From the sequence record PP301341.1: a stretch of 64,000 nt of DNA, one strand, 5' to 3'. The stretch is from Escherichia phage UE-S5b. The notes below the pieces were generated by a model. It was not told where the DNA came from. It was given only the letters and a program-made list of their open reading frames with translations, and searched no databases. The position numbers and the translations under genes are program-made. Each line of letters begins with the position of its first letter. The stretch's first letter is position 1. Positions 9,733 through 20,474 of the stretch are shown piece after piece.

Positions 9733-12087
9733 ATGAACGAAATGTTCTCACAAGGTGGTAAAGGCTCCACTGGTATTCTTACCAACAAACAAGCCATTGC
9801 CCGTAAGTTTGGTGTTAAGCAGAATGAGGTTGTTTACTTTGCTGTAGGTGTAGACTTAGGGGAATACAAGGTCATTTATGATAAGACTACCCAGCGAGCT
9901 TACTCATTACCTGCAGACCTTGGTTCAGGGGTTACTGCTGTAAGCCTTAATACTGCCGGTGTGTTAGTTCACTCTACTGGTAATGTTGACCTGGGTGCAC
10001 TAGCTGTTTCACGAGGAGAGTTTATAACAGTCCCTGGGTCCTTCTCTTTGGGTTATGAGATTAAAGTAAAGAATGAATGTCTTGAATACCAGGGTGGGTT
10101 GTATCGATGGGATGGCGCACTGCCAAAGGTTGTAGATGCTGGGTCTGTTCCTGATATTGGTACAGGAAAGTGGCTGAGCGTCGGTGATGCAGCCCTGCGC
10201 AGCCAGATTTCAGACCCGGATGGTGCGTCCAGTTACCCTGAATTGCAGATGGCAAGATGGCGTGATGAGGGTGATGTTCGAGGCTGGGGTGCTAAAGGGG
10301 ATGGTGTAACAGATAGTACGGAGAATATAGCTGCTTCACTAAATTCTCAAAAAGCTGTCGTAGCATCAGACGGTGTATTCTCTAGTTCTGGTATTAATAG
10401 TAATTACTGTAACTTAGACGGTAGAGGCAGTGGTGTACTAAGTCACCGTTCAAGTACAGGTAACTACTTAGTATTTAACAATCTACGCTCAGGTCGCTTA
10501 AGTAATATTACGGTAGAAAGTAATAAGGCGACCGATACCACTCAAGGGCAGCAGGTATCTCTTGCTGGTGGCAGTGATGTTACTATAAGTGATGTTAATT
10601 TCTCAAACGTTAAGGGCGCTGGTTTCAGTTTAATCACATACCCTAATGATGCACCCTCTGATGGGCTTATGATTAAAGGCATTCGAGGTAGCTACTCCGG
10701 CTATGCTACTAATAAGGCGGCTGGATGCATACTTGCTGATTCCTCGGTTAACTCCCTCATAAATAACGTCATTGCTAAGAACTACCCTCAGTTCGGGGCT
10801 GTAGAACTGAAAGGTACAGCCAGTTATAACATAGTCAGCAATGTTATAGGGGCAGACTGCCAGCATGTAACTTACAACGGTACAAAAGGGTCAATAGCTC
10901 CCTCTAACAACCTTATCAATGGGGTAGTGGCTAATAATCCTAAATATGCAGCGGTTGTTGCAGGCAAAGGTAGTACCAACTTAATCTCAGATGTGCTTGT
11001 AGATTTCTCAATCTCTGACGCTAGTCAGGCTCACGGTGTTACAGTAGAAGGCTCTGATAACGTAATAAGCAATGTGCTTATGTCAGGATGTGATGGTACT
11101 AACTCTTTAGGGCAAGCTCAAACTGCTACAATTGCGCGCTTTATAGATACAGCTAATAACAACTATGCGTCTGTATTTCCTAGCTACAGTGCTACAGGTG
11201 TTATTACTTTCGAATCAGGTTCTACCCGTAACTTCGTAGAGGTAAAGCATCCGGGAAGGAGAAACGACCTTCTCAGTGCTACTGGTACTATTGAAGGTGC
11301 AGTTACTATTGACGGCACTAGTAATAGCAACGTAGTGCACGCACCTGCCTTAGGACAGTACATAGGTAGTATGTCAGGTCGGTTCGAATGGCGGATTAAG
11401 TCCATGTCACTTCCGTCAGGCGTTCTTACCTCGGCTGATAAATACAGAATGCTTGGGGATGGTGCTGTGTCATTAGCTGTAGGCGGGGGTACTTCTTCTC
11501 AAGTTCGCCTATTTACTTCTGATGGTACTTCTCGGACAGTATCACTCACCAACGGTAACGTGCGTCTTCCTACCAGTAGCACAGGTTATTTGCAGTTAGG
11601 TTCTGATGCAATGACCCCAGATAGTACTAATACATACGCATTAGGTTCCGCAAGTAGAGCATGGTCTGGCGGTTTTACTCAATCAGCATTCACTGTTGTC
11701 TCAGATGCTAGGGATAAAACAGAGCCTCTTAATATCTCAGATGCTTTACTGGATGCTTGGTCTGAAGTTGACTTTGTGCAGTTTCAGTACTTGGACAGGA
11801 TTGAGGAGAAGGGTGCAGACTCAGCCAGATGGCACTTTGGTATCATCGCTCAGCGAGCTAAGGAGGCTTTCGAACGTCACGGCATAGATGCACATCGCTA
11901 TGGCTTCCTGTGCTTCGACAGTTGGGATGATGTATACGAGGAAGATGCCAATGGCTCTCGTAAACTGATTACACCAGCAGGTTCCCGCTACGGTATTCGT
12001 TACGAGGAAGTACTGATATTAGAGGCTGCGTTGATGCGGCGTACTATTAAGCGTATGCAGGAAGCATTAGCTGTTATGTCTAAGTGA
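9733..12087 (+). CDS. second tailspike, putative polysaccharide depolymerase (parallel beta-helix) with C-terminal S74-like chaperone domain
   Basis: 784 aa; RWRDEGDVRGWGAKGDGVTDST motif; repetitive beta-helix-like segments (NITVESN.., VTISDVNFSNVKG..); C-terminus SDARDKTEPLNISDALLDAWSEVDFVQFQYLD...HFGIIAQRAKEAF. AAAGAGG RBS before the ATG. Confidence 0.8.
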   Translation: MNEMFSQGGKGSTGILTNKQAIARKFGVKQNEVVYFAVGVDLGEYKVIYDKTTQRAYSLPADLGSGVTAVSLNTAGVLVHSTGNVDLGALAVSRGEFITVPGSFSLGYEIKVKNECLEYQGGLYRWDGALPKVVDAGSVPDIGTGKWLSVGDAALRSQISDPDGASSYPELQMARWRDEGDVRGWGAKGDGVTDSTENIAASLNSQKAVVASDGVFSSSGINSNYCNLDGRGSGVLSHRSSTGNYLVFNNLRSGRLSNITVESNKATDTTQGQQVSLAGGSDVTISDVNFSNVKGAGFSLITYPNDAPSDGLMIKGIRGSYSGYATNKAAGCILADSSVNSLINNVIAKNYPQFGAVELKGTASYNIVSNVIGADCQHVTYNGTKGSIAPSNNLINGVVANNPKYAAVVAGKGSTNLISDVLVDFSISDASQAHGVTVEGSDNVISNVLMSGCDGTNSLGQAQTATIARFIDTANNNYASVFPSYSATGVITFESGSTRNFVEVKHPGRRNDLLSATGTIEGAVTIDGTSNSNVVHAPALGQYIGSMSGRFEWRIKSMSLPSGVLTSADKYRMLGDGAVSLAVGGGTSSQVRLFTSDGTSRTVSLTNGNVRLPTSSTGYLQLGSDAMTPDSTNTYALGSASRAWSGGFTQSAFTVVSDARDKTEPLNISDALLDAWSEVDFVQFQYLDRIEEKGADSARWHFGIIAQRAKEAFERHGIDAHRYGFLCFDSWDDVYEEDANGSRKLITPAGSRYGIRYEEVLILEAALMRRTIKRMQEALAVMSK

Positions 12088-12169
12088 GTAATACTGGTAC
12101 GGTTAGATCAGTAGAGTTGGTTAACAGTAGCCTACGTACTACCAGGCTATTACTTATCTAGGTATAAAA

Positions 12170-12194
12170 CCCCGCTCAGGCGGGGTTTGTTTTT
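12170..12194. terminator. bidirectional rho-independent terminator
   Basis: AAAA-CCCCGC-tcag-GCGGGG-TTTGTTTTT between convergent genes 9733..12087 (+) and 12213..12840 (-). Confidence 0.6.
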
Positions 12195-12212
12195 ATCTAT
12201 TAATAATATTTC

Positions 12213-12840
12213 TTATATAGAGTTTACTGTTTGCATTGCCCTAATTGATACTGCTGTTAGGGTAATTACTTGTCCTGAGATATTAAACATACCTAACTGA
12301 ATACCGTCTACCATGAAAGGGTCAGTTGAACCAAGTGTGTAAGTAGCCAGTACGTTATCTCTGTTAGCAATGTCTGTACCCTGTACTTTAACACTAGCAT
12401 CTGAACCTACTATCGTAATTCCATTGGTTCGTCTTGTTTGTGTTCTCCATTCCCTTGCTGTACCTGCACCACCTGCAATAATTCCTGATATACGAACACT
12501 GAACATTACCTGGGTATTCCTGGTTCTAATGGGGAACTTAAGATTTCCTTCTTCAATTGTTAGTGCTGCTGTACCTCCAGGTGATTTAGTTATCCCTGGT
12601 AATGAAAAGTAATTGAACCAGGATTGGTCATTTACTGCCTGGCTCCCGGTCCATGTATACAAGTCCAGAAGNAATGTGTCTTCTAACTCTGTTGGTGGGA
12701 AAGGTAGTAGTTCTGGGGGGATCTCTGAGATGTTATTAGCAGAAACTATTCGTTCCCCATAACTTCCCACGACCAACAATCCCCCCTTCATTTTGCACAC
12801 AACATCCNTACCACTTTGGAAAATATCTTTAATAGACATA
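12213..12840 (-). CDS. hypothetical protein on the opposite strand inside the late module
   Basis: About 209 aa from ATG 12840 (MSIKDIF...) with GAGGT RBS; beta-rich, Gly/Thr-rich; contains two N codons. Confidence 0.5.
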
Positions 12841-12858
12841 GTTACCTCGCAGTTGATA

Positions 12859-12875
12859 CCAGACACTATGTCTGG
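12859..12875. promoter_or_regulatory. perfect palindrome CCAGAC-actat-GTCTGG in a divergent intergenic region (candidate operator)
   Basis: 17-bp inverted repeat read directly, between the minus-strand gene start and the lysis cassette. Confidence 0.3.
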
Positions 12876-12963
12876 ATGTATCCCATCATACTAAGTATTA
12901 TCTAAGAGTCATCTTATGATACGACCCTATTGGGGTTCTTAACTTTACAACTACGGTAATATT

Positions 12964-13293
12964 ATGAATGAATCGGGCGAACTGCTTCTAGTCAGACTGG
13001 AGGAACGATTGAAGACTCTGTTTGAGAATCAGACGAGAGACAGACAGGACCGTGAGAAACTGGAGGAAACTCTGGGAGAATTACGGGATTCAATCAATGA
13101 CATAGGCAATAGACTAAAAAATGTGGAGGATAGCTTAGCTAAGAATGAACCTACTATTGAAGAGTTCATCACCATTAAGCATAAAGTTGTTGGTGCTGGA
13201 ATTTTTGGTAAGTGGGTATGGGCTGGAGCAGGTGCAATTATTGGTGTATTGGCTGCTGCAAGACGGGAGATATTCGCATGGTTCGCAGGCTAA
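12964..13293 (+). CDS. putative lysis-associated membrane protein (N-terminal coiled coil, C-terminal transmembrane segment)
   Basis: 109 aa; charged heptad-like N-terminus, then VVGAGIFGKWVWAGAGAIIGVLAAA hydrophobic stretch; first gene of the lysis cluster. Confidence 0.45.
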   Translation: MNESGELLLVRLEERLKTLFENQTRDRQDREKLEETLGELRDSINDIGNRLKNVEDSLAKNEPTIEEFITIKHKVVGAGIFGKWVWAGAGAIIGVLAAARREIFAWFAG

Positions 13294-13538
13294 AAAGAAA
13301 AGTAGAGTTAGTACCTAACTGGAAAAGNTGNTGGAANTGGGCATCCATTCANATTAGTACNNTTGGTTTANTTCTATTNTCNGCTNTAGATATNATCCAA
13401 CCAATGGTGACAGGATTACCTCGTCACATCTTGGAAGATATTCCCCATGGTTCCAATATTGCAATCGCACTGTTTGCCTTAAACATCATAGGCAGATTAA
13501 TACGATTCCGACCAAAGGAAGATTCACATGAAAGCTAA
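13278..13538 (+). CDS. putative holin (small membrane protein; sequence heavily N-masked)
   Basis: About 86 aa from ATG 13278 (MVRRLKRK...); hydrophobic segments; directly upstream of and overlapping the endolysin start; many N bases at 13328-13394. Confidence 0.4.
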   Translation: MVRRLKRKVELVPNWKXXWXWASIXISXXGLXLXXAXDXIQPMVTGLPRHILEDIPHGSNIAIALFALNIIGRLIRFRPKEDSHES

Positions 13539-14163
13539 ACAGAAACTTGCTGCAAAAGGTGGTGCAGTGGGAGGGGTTATCGCTGCTATTCTGGGGGCAG
13601 TGTTCTATATGGAAGGAGGTTATGTAAACAATCCTCGTGACCCAGGTGGGGAAACTAATCATGGTATTACCCAATCAGTAGCTAAGACTCATAAAGAAGT
13701 TCTGGCTACTGAGTANGGTTGGGATGGTTCTATGAAGGGTTTATCTAAAGAGATGGCTGCTGAGATATACATTGATGACTATGTACTTAAACCTAACTTC
13801 GTAGCCTTCGCTGATATATCTCCTGCTGTAACGCATAAGCTAGTAGATGCTGGTGTTAATACTGGTGTAACCCGTCCTGCTAAGTGGTTGCAGATGTCTC
13901 TTAATGAAATGTCACGTAATGGCAAAGACTACCCTAAAATACAGGTTGATGGTAAAGTCGGTACAAGTACTGTTAATGCATATAAAGCATTACAGAAAAA
14001 ACGGGGCAAAGTTGCAGCATGTCAGGTAATGATTAAGCTGCTTGATGCTAAACAACTGAACCACTATACCTCATTAAACATGCCAGACTTTACGTATGGT
14101 TGGGTAGCTAACCGAATAGGCAATGTGCCACTGGAGGCATGTAATGAAGATGCTAATCTCTAA
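13528..14163 (+). CDS. endolysin, GH108-type N-acetylmuramidase with an N-terminal SAR-like segment
   Basis: 211 aa; EGGYVNNPRDPGGETNHGIT is the hallmark N-terminal GH108 motif; preceded by a Gly/Ala-rich weakly hydrophobic stretch (GGAVGGVIAAILGAVFY) typical of signal-arrest-release domains. Confidence 0.8.
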   Translation: MKAKQKLAAKGGAVGGVIAAILGAVFYMEGGYVNNPRDPGGETNHGITQSVAKTHKEVLATEXGWDGSMKGLSKEMAAEIYIDDYVLKPNFVAFADISPAVTHKLVDAGVNTGVTRPAKWLQMSLNEMSRNGKDYPKIQVDGKVGTSTVNAYKALQKKRGKVAACQVMIKLLDAKQLNHYTSLNMPDFTYGWVANRIGNVPLEACNEDANL

Positions 14164-14650
14164 AGGTTGGCCTTATCTTCTGGTGGTGGTCCTTGGGGCC
14201 ACCATTTACTTTTGGGGCAATTCCAATGGGCAGTCTACTGTTCAAAAGAAATGGGATGCCCAAAAGGTCGAAGACCAAAAGGCAACGCAAAAATTACAGG
14301 ACAAATACAATGCTCTCCAAAGAAACCATAGTTATGAAGTCGGGTTACTCACTTCCCGGTTGCAGACGGCTGAGAGTAATTACGCAAGCGAGCTTGCTCG
14401 CGTTAGCAGTGATTACGACAGCCGGATGCAACAGTCTGAAAGACGAGCATCGGTATATAAACGTCAAGCCGAAGCCGGAACCCTTGAGTGCAGAAGTCTT
14501 GCAAGCCATGCAGCCAGACTCGACAATAGTCTTGAAGAAGGCAGACGTTTGGTTGAAGAACTCCGGGCAACTGTTAGACTCCGTGACAGCCAACTAATTG
14601 AGTTGGGTAAACAGATTCAGGCTGACCGTAAACTTTTTGAACAGGAATAA
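14144..14650 (+). CDS. i-spanin (Rz-like)
   Basis: N-terminal TM ([16 protein letters not shown]), then a charged coiled-coil-like periplasmic domain; overlaps the endolysin stop. Confidence 0.6.
   Translation: MKMLISKGWPYLLVVVLGATIYFWGNSNGQSTVQKKWDAQKVEDQKATQKLQDKYNALQRNHSYEVGLLTSRLQTAESNYASELARVSSDYDSRMQQSERRASVYKRQAEAGTLECRSLASHAARLDNSLEEGRRLVEELRATVRLRDSQLIELGKQIQADRKLFEQE
14334..14597 (+). CDS. o-spanin (Rz1-like lipoprotein) embedded in the i-spanin gene in another frame
   Basis: Alternate-frame ORF fully inside the i-spanin; lipobox-like LAVITTAGC with Cys after a hydrophobic signal; Pro-rich mature part. Confidence 0.55.
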   Translation: MKSGYSLPGCRRLRVITQASLLALAVITTAGCNSLKDEHRYINVKPKPEPLSAEVLQAMQPDSTIVLKKADVWLKNSGQLLDSVTAN

Positions 14651-14652
14651 CT

Positions 14653-16923
14653 ATGGAACACCAAGACACTTTTAAGCCTTTACCAGACCCGGCTCAATCA
14701 GAGAAGTTAACGGACTGGAAGAAGGAACCAAGTATCCAATTACTGAAGGGTGATTTGGAATCTGCTAAACCTGCTCACGATGCAATCATGGCACAGATTC
14801 GTGAGTGGAATGATTTAATGGAAGTAAAGGGTAAGGCTAAACCCCCAAAGGTTAAGGGACGCTCGCAAGTCCAGCCTAGACTGGTTCGCCGTCAGGCAGA
14901 GTGGCGTTATGCTCCATTGTCTGAACCATTCCTCTCGTCTAACAAACTATTTAAGGTAACTCCGGTTACTTTTGAAGATGAGTTAGCTGCACGCCAGAAT
15001 GAGCTAGTTCTTAACTACCAATTCCGTACTCAGCTTAATAAAGTAAAACTGGTAGATGATTACGTGCATAGTGTCGTAGATGACGGTACTGGTATTGCTC
15101 GTATCGGTTGGGAACGTAAGACTATTAAGATTAAAACAGAAACTCCAGTCTTCCAGTTGTATCCAATTGAGAACCAGGAACAAGCAGATGTTCTCCAACA
15201 GGCTTTGCAGCTTCAGGCAGAGAATCCCCGTGAGTATGACGAAACAATGCCAGAAGATATCAAAGAAGCTGTTAACTACTTCAATGAAACTGGAGAAGCT
15301 ACTTATGCAATTCAGACAGGGGTCACTGAAGTAGAAGTAGAAAAAGCACTGGTTAACAGACCTACCGTTGAAATGCTTAATCCTAATAACGTAGTTATTG
15401 ACCCGAGCTGCAATGGTGATTTGGATAAGGCTCTGTATGCAGTCATTTCCTTTGAGACTTGCAAAGCAGACCTTATGAAAAACAAAGACCGTTATCACAA
15501 CCTAGATAAAATTGACTGGGAGAGTTCCAGCCCCATTACTGACCCAGACCATGAAAGTAAAACCCCTAGCGATTTCCAGTTTAAGGATGCACTTCGTAAG
15601 AAGGTAGTTGCTTATGAGTACTGGGGATTCTACGACATCAATGATGATGGTTCACTGGAACCAATTGTTGCTACCTGGATTGGTTCTACTCTTATTCGTA
15701 TGGAGAAGAACCCATTCCCAGATGGTAAGTTACCATTGGTAGTTGTTCCTTATATGCCTCGTAAACGTGAACTCTATGGTGAAGCTGATGCTGAATTGCT
15801 AGGAGATAACCAAGCAATTCTTGGTGCAACCATGCGTGGGATGATTGACCTGTTGGGCCGAAGTGCAAATGGTCAACGTGGTTATCCTAAAGGGATGTTA
15901 GATACCCTGAACCGTCGTCGATACGATGATGGACAAGACTACGAATATAACCCAATGCAGGGCAATCCTAGTCAGGCCATTATGGAACACAAGTTCCCTG
16001 AGTTACCCCAGTCGGCAATAGTAATGACTCAGATGCAAAACCAGGAAGCAGAAGCACTAACGGGTGTTAAAGCATTCTCGGGTGGTGTAACTGGTGAAGC
16101 TTACGGAGATGTAGCTGCTGGTATTCGTGGTGTACTAGATGCAGCATCCAAACGTGAGATGGCAATCCTTCGTCGATTAGCTAAGGGTATGGCAGACATT
16201 GGTACTAAGATTTGTGCAATGAATGCTGTGTTCTTATCTGAGAAAGAAGTAGTACGTATTACTAACGAGCAGTACGTAGAGATTAACCGTGAAGACCTTA
16301 AAGGTAACTTCGACATTGAGGTTGATATTAACACTGCTGAAATTGATAACCAGAAGTCCCAGGATTTGGGCTTCATGGTTCAAACACTAGGCAACACAGT
16401 TGACCAGTCTATTACGTTATCTCTTGTAGCTAAGATTGCAGAACTTAAACGTATGCCAGACCTTGCTCATGAGTTACGTACATGGCAACCACAACCAGAC
16501 CCTATGGAAGAACAGCTTAAGCAATTGGCAATTCAGAAAGCACAGCTTGAGAACGAAGAGCTGCAAAGTAAGATTGCACTCAATATGGCTAAGGCTAAAG
16601 AGGCTGCTTCTAGTGGTGACCTTAAAGATCTGGATTATCTGGAACAGGAATCTGGTACTAAACATGCTCGTGACATGGAAAAACAAAAAGCACAATCTCA
16701 AGGAAACCAGAACCTTCAGATAACTAAGGCGTTGACAACACCTACTAAAGAAGGTGAAACTACCCCCAACATATCTGCTGCTGTTGGATATAACGCTTTG
16801 ACTAATGGGAACTCTATACCAGAACGTGACTTAGCTGCACAACAAGACCCAGCTTATTCACTTAGTTCCCAATTCTATGACCCTAGCCAAGACCCAGCAT
16901 CGGCTCTTGGCATGAACTTGTAA
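14653..16923 (+). CDS. portal protein
   Basis: 756 aa, immediately after the lysis cassette and before scaffold and capsid genes; size and position fit a podovirus portal. Confidence 0.65.
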   Translation: MEHQDTFKPLPDPAQSEKLTDWKKEPSIQLLKGDLESAKPAHDAIMAQIREWNDLMEVKGKAKPPKVKGRSQVQPRLVRRQAEWRYAPLSEPFLSSNKLFKVTPVTFEDELAARQNELVLNYQFRTQLNKVKLVDDYVHSVVDDGTGIARIGWERKTIKIKTETPVFQLYPIENQEQADVLQQALQLQAENPREYDETMPEDIKEAVNYFNETGEATYAIQTGVTEVEVEKALVNRPTVEMLNPNNVVIDPSCNGDLDKALYAVISFETCKADLMKNKDRYHNLDKIDWESSSPITDPDHESKTPSDFQFKDALRKKVVAYEYWGFYDINDDGSLEPIVATWIGSTLIRMEKNPFPDGKLPLVVVPYMPRKRELYGEADAELLGDNQAILGATMRGMIDLLGRSANGQRGYPKGMLDTLNRRRYDDGQDYEYNPMQGNPSQAIMEHKFPELPQSAIVMTQMQNQEAEALTGVKAFSGGVTGEAYGDVAAGIRGVLDAASKREMAILRRLAKGMADIGTKICAMNAVFLSEKEVVRITNEQYVEINREDLKGNFDIEVDINTAEIDNQKSQDLGFMVQTLGNTVDQSITLSLVAKIAELKRMPDLAHELRTWQPQPDPMEEQLKQLAIQKAQLENEELQSKIALNMAKAKEAASSGDLKDLDYLEQESGTKHARDMEKQKAQSQGNQNLQITKALTTPTKEGETTPNISAAVGYNALTNGNSIPERDLAAQQDPAYSLSSQFYDPSQDPASALGMNL

Positions 16924-16936
16924 GGCAGACCTTCAC

Positions 16937-17281
16937 ATGAGTAAAGAATCAACAATCGCAGGACTGGAACATCGACTGGAAGCTGCTAAAGGTGCAGTTG
17001 CACACGCAGAAGATGTACGTAAACTTTTGGAGTATCCACTGTTCCGTAAAGTAATTCTTCGTCAGTTCTGTGTGGAAGATTGTGCACGTTACGTGCAGGA
17101 GTCTGGTGACCCACTGCTTGAACCTAATAACCGTGCAGATGCATTGAACATGGCTCAAGCTGCTGGTCACTTACGTCGTTGGCTCGACCTCGCCATTCGT
17201 ATGGGNGAAAANGAAGCTGACGTTATTCTNCAGGTAGAAGAAGAACTCGANGCAGTTCGTGCTGAACCTGAAGANGAATAA
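16937..17281 (+). CDS. hypothetical protein (head-assembly region)
   Basis: 114-aa ORF between portal and scaffold; N bases in the 3' end. Confidence 0.45.
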   Translation: MSKESTIAGLEHRLEAAKGAVAHAEDVRKLLEYPLFRKVILRQFCVEDCARYVQESGDPLLEPNNRADALNMAQAAGHLRRWLDLAIRMXEXEADVIXQVEEELXAVRAEPEXE

Positions 17282-17300
17282 TTAACCGGAGATATTTCCT

Positions 17301-18521
17301 ATGACTACGGAAGCTGCAACCACAGCTTCCGACATTCTCGCAATGTCGGATGATGAGATTCTGAATATGGAAGCCCCAGCAGTTATCGCTGAGGAAGATA
17401 CTTCCACTCAGAACAACCCAGAAACCAACGGCGTACAGACTCCTGATGAAGAAGTTGACACCTCTGCTGTTGAAGACCTACCAACCGAAGAAACCTCCCC
17501 TGAAACCGAACCAGTTGAAGAAGATGNAGCAAATTCTTTAACTTCTGATAAAGTTGATGATAAAGTTGTTGACACAGAAGTTGATAGTAACGGTAAGCCG
17601 ATTACTAAAGCTGAACCTTCTACTNCTGAACCNGGCCAGGAACAGAAAGAAGAAGGCAAACAGTCTGAAGGTCTGCCTGCTGACTTCAACTATAAGGAAG
17701 GTTACGAGAAGTTGATGGCTCCTTTTAAAGCTAACGGCAAAATGATTACTCCCCGTTCACCGGAGGAGGCCATTAGCCTGATGCAGATGGGTGCTAACTA
17801 TACTCGNAANATGCAAGAACTNCAGCCNTACCGTAAGGTAATGCTGATGTTACAGAACAACGGTTTAATGGATGAGGACAAACTCTCTTTCCTGATTGAC
17901 CTGGATAAGAAGAATCCTGAGGCCATTAAGAAGTTGCTCAAAGACTCTGGTACAGACCCTCTGGACTTTAACCCAGATGAGGAAATTAACTACCAGGGTG
18001 GCAATCACCGTGTTACCGACACCGAAGCAGATTTTGCAACCGAAATTGACGACTTAAAGTCTACTCAAGAAGGACAAGCTACATTAGGTGTTATTGGCTC
18101 GACATGGGATGCTGCCAGTAAAGATGCTCTTTATCAGAATCGTGGCTTACTCCATACGATTCACGAACAGCGTGAGAATGGTATTTATGACACCATTGCT
18201 AACGAAGTGAATCGTCTTCAGATGTTAGGTCAGATTCCGGTAGGTACTCCGTTCATTCAGGCTTATAACTACGTTGGCAACCTCCTTGCACAACAGGGAG
18301 CATTTAACCAAGTAGCTAAGCCTGAGCCGGTACAAGCAGTTAAACCAGCGGTTCAGCCGGTAGTGCGTGTAGCACAACCTAAGCAGACTCTGGCTAACAA
18401 CGAGCAAGCTAAAGCAGCTTCCCTTAATCGGGCTGCTACACGCAAAGCAACACCTATTGTAAACCCACTCGCCATGAGTGATGAAGATTTCGCTAAACTC
18501 CCAGTACCGGGTAGTCTTTAA
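17301..18521 (+). CDS. putative scaffolding protein
   Basis: 406 aa, strongly acidic low-complexity N-terminal third, directly upstream of the capsid gene. Confidence 0.55.
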   Translation: MTTEAATTASDILAMSDDEILNMEAPAVIAEEDTSTQNNPETNGVQTPDEEVDTSAVEDLPTEETSPETEPVEEDXANSLTSDKVDDKVVDTEVDSNGKPITKAEPSTXEXGQEQKEEGKQSEGLPADFNYKEGYEKLMAPFKANGKMITPRSPEEAISLMQMGANYTXXMQEXQXYRKVMLMLQNNGLMDEDKLSFLIDLDKKNPEAIKKLLKDSGTDPLDFNPDEEINYQGGNHRVTDTEADFATEIDDLKSTQEGQATLGVIGSTWDAASKDALYQNRGLLHTIHEQRENGIYDTIANEVNRLQMLGQIPVGTPFIQAYNYVGNLLAQQGAFNQVAKPEPVQAVKPAVQPVVRVAQPKQTLANNEQAKAASLNRAATRKATPIVNPLAMSDEDFAKLPVPGSL

Positions 18522-18537
18522 ACAGGAATAATACGAT

Positions 18538-19740
18538 ATGTTAAACTATAACGCTCCAATTGACGGTCAGAAATCTAGCATTGATGGTGCTGGTTCCGAT
18601 CAGATGAATACCTTTTACTGGCTGAAGAAAGCTATTATTCAGTCTCGTAAAGACCAGTACTTCATGCCACTGGCTAACACCATTAACATGCCTAAGAACT
18701 ATGGTAAGACTGTTAAGGTGTATGAGTACGTTCCACTGCTCGACGATAAGAACATTAACGACCAGGGCATTGATGCTAATGGTGCTACCATCGTTAATGG
18801 TAACCTGTATGGTTCTTCTAAAGACGTAGGTAACATCACTTCCAAACTGCCTCTGCTGACAGAGAATGGTGGTCGTGTTAACCGTGTAGGCTTTACCCGT
18901 CTGTCTCGTGAAGGCTCCATCCATAAGTTCGGTTTCTTCTACGAATTTACCCAAGAGTCCCTGGACTTTGATTCTGATGATCAACTGAAAGAACACCTGT
19001 CTCGCGAACTGATGAACGGTGCTGTACAGTTGACTGAAGCTGTTCTCCAGAAAGACCTGCTTGCTGCTGCTGGTACTGTATTGTATGCAGGTGCTGCTAC
19101 TTCTGATGCTACCATCACCGGTGAAGGTTCTACTCCGTCTGTAGTTTCTTATAAGAACCTGATGCGTCTTGACCAGATTCTTACTGAGAACCGTACCCCG
19201 ACTCAGACTACTATTATCACTGGTTCTAAACTGACTGATACCAAAGTACTTGGTGGTACTCGTGTAATGTACGTTGGTTCTGAATTGGTTCCAGAACTGA
19301 AAGCGATGAAAGATCTGTTCGGTAACAAAGCATTCATCGAAATTCAGCACTATGCTGATGCCGGTACTCTGATGAATGGTGAAGTTGGTTGTATCGACAA
19401 GTTCCGTATTATCCAGGTTCCTGAGATGCTGCATTGGGCAGGTGCTGGTGCTCAGGCTACTTCTAACCCAGGCTATCGTTCTACTATGGTTGGTGGTCAG
19501 GAACACTACGACGTATTCCCGATGCTGGTAGTTGGTGATGACTCCTTCTCTACCATTGGCTTCCAGACTGATGGTAAGTCTGTTAAGTTCTCCATCATGA
19601 CTAAGATGCCTGGTAAAGAAACTGCTGACCGTAATGACCCGTATGGTGAAACTGGCTTCAGTTCTATCAAGTGGTACTACGGTATCCTGGTTAAACGCCC
19701 AGAACGTCTGGCTATGATTAAGACTGTTGCTCCTCTGTAA
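18538..19740 (+). CDS. major capsid protein
   Basis: 400 aa after the scaffold gene; strongly biased codon usage (CTG, GGT, CGT, AAC) typical of a highly expressed gene; followed by a hairpin. Confidence 0.7.
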   Translation: MLNYNAPIDGQKSSIDGAGSDQMNTFYWLKKAIIQSRKDQYFMPLANTINMPKNYGKTVKVYEYVPLLDDKNINDQGIDANGATIVNGNLYGSSKDVGNITSKLPLLTENGGRVNRVGFTRLSREGSIHKFGFFYEFTQESLDFDSDDQLKEHLSRELMNGAVQLTEAVLQKDLLAAAGTVLYAGAATSDATITGEGSTPSVVSYKNLMRLDQILTENRTPTQTTIITGSKLTDTKVLGGTRVMYVGSELVPELKAMKDLFGNKAFIEIQHYADAGTLMNGEVGCIDKFRIIQVPEMLHWAGAGAQATSNPGYRSTMVGGQEHYDVFPMLVVGDDSFSTIGFQTDGKSVKFSIMTKMPGKETADRNDPYGETGFSSIKWYYGILVKRPERLAMIKTVAPL

Positions 19741-19758
19741 TAGTCCGAAATAAAACAA

Positions 19759-19780
19759 GGGGGACTAATGTCCCCCTCTT
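19759..19780 (+). terminator. hairpin after the capsid gene (putative terminator or attenuator)
   Basis: GGGGGAC-taat-GTCCCCC followed by TCTTAATAAAA; the T-tract is weak. Confidence 0.4.
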
Positions 19781-19807
19781 AATAAAACTGAATGAACCAC
19801 AGGAAAT

Positions 19808-20449
19808 ATGAACATGAGCATTAACGATAAACCGACCACTGACGTAGAAGTGAACGTACAGGGCAACGAAGATACCGTTAACGATATTGCAATGCCTAGC
19901 GAACTTGAAGTTCTTAAGCAACGTGCAACGTTGATGAATATCAAGTTCTCTAACAACATTTCCGTTGAAAAGCTTCGTGAGAAGATTGAAGCTGCACAAG
20001 TAAAAGATGAACCAGTATTAGAAGAAGCTGCCGTTAATCCGCTGGGTGAAAAACAGGAAGCTGGTGTTAAGAAGATGACTCTTGGTCAAAAGATTCGTGC
20101 AGAACAGACTCGACTGATTCGTGTACGTATCCAGAACCTTGACCCTAAGAAGAAAGACCTGCCAGGTGAGATTATCACCGTAGCTAACGAATATATGGGT
20201 ACTGTGCGTAAGTTTGTTCCATTCGGTGAAGTAACCGACAATGGTTATCACATTCCGTATTGTATCTANGAGTTCCTTAAAGAGCGTAAGTTCATCAACA
20301 TTACGACCCGTAAAGGTAAGAATGGCTTACCGGATATTCGTGCAACTGAAGCACGAGAGTTCTCCATTGAGGTACTGCCTCCGTTGACTGAAGCTGAATT
20401 AGCTCAACTAGCTCAGGCACAGATTGCTGCTGGTAGCCTGAACGATTAA
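19808..20449 (+). CDS. virion-associated protein (possible decoration / head protein)
   Basis: 213-aa ORF downstream of the capsid gene; one N codon. Confidence 0.5.
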   Translation: MNMSINDKPTTDVEVNVQGNEDTVNDIAMPSELEVLKQRATLMNIKFSNNISVEKLREKIEAAQVKDEPVLEEAAVNPLGEKQEAGVKKMTLGQKIRAEQTRLIRVRIQNLDPKKKDLPGEIITVANEYMGTVRKFVPFGEVTDNGYHIPYCIXEFLKERKFINITTRKGKNGLPDIRATEAREFSIEVLPPLTEAELAQLAQAQIAAGSLND

Positions 20450-20474
20450 CGTATAAGCTACAGTTCAACACGGC

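Noticed and set aside
13212-13277. N-terminal extension of the holin candidate (MGMGWSRCNYWCIGCC...)
   Set aside because: It overlaps the C-terminal TM-coding part of the preceding gene in another frame; the ATG at 13278 gives a more typical short overlap.
18541-19758. 405-aa minus-strand ORF exactly mirroring the major capsid gene
   Set aside because: It is antisense to a strongly codon-biased, highly expressed gene and its translation is low-complexity (S/T/L/R/V-rich); stop-poor antisense frames are a known by-product of such codon usage.
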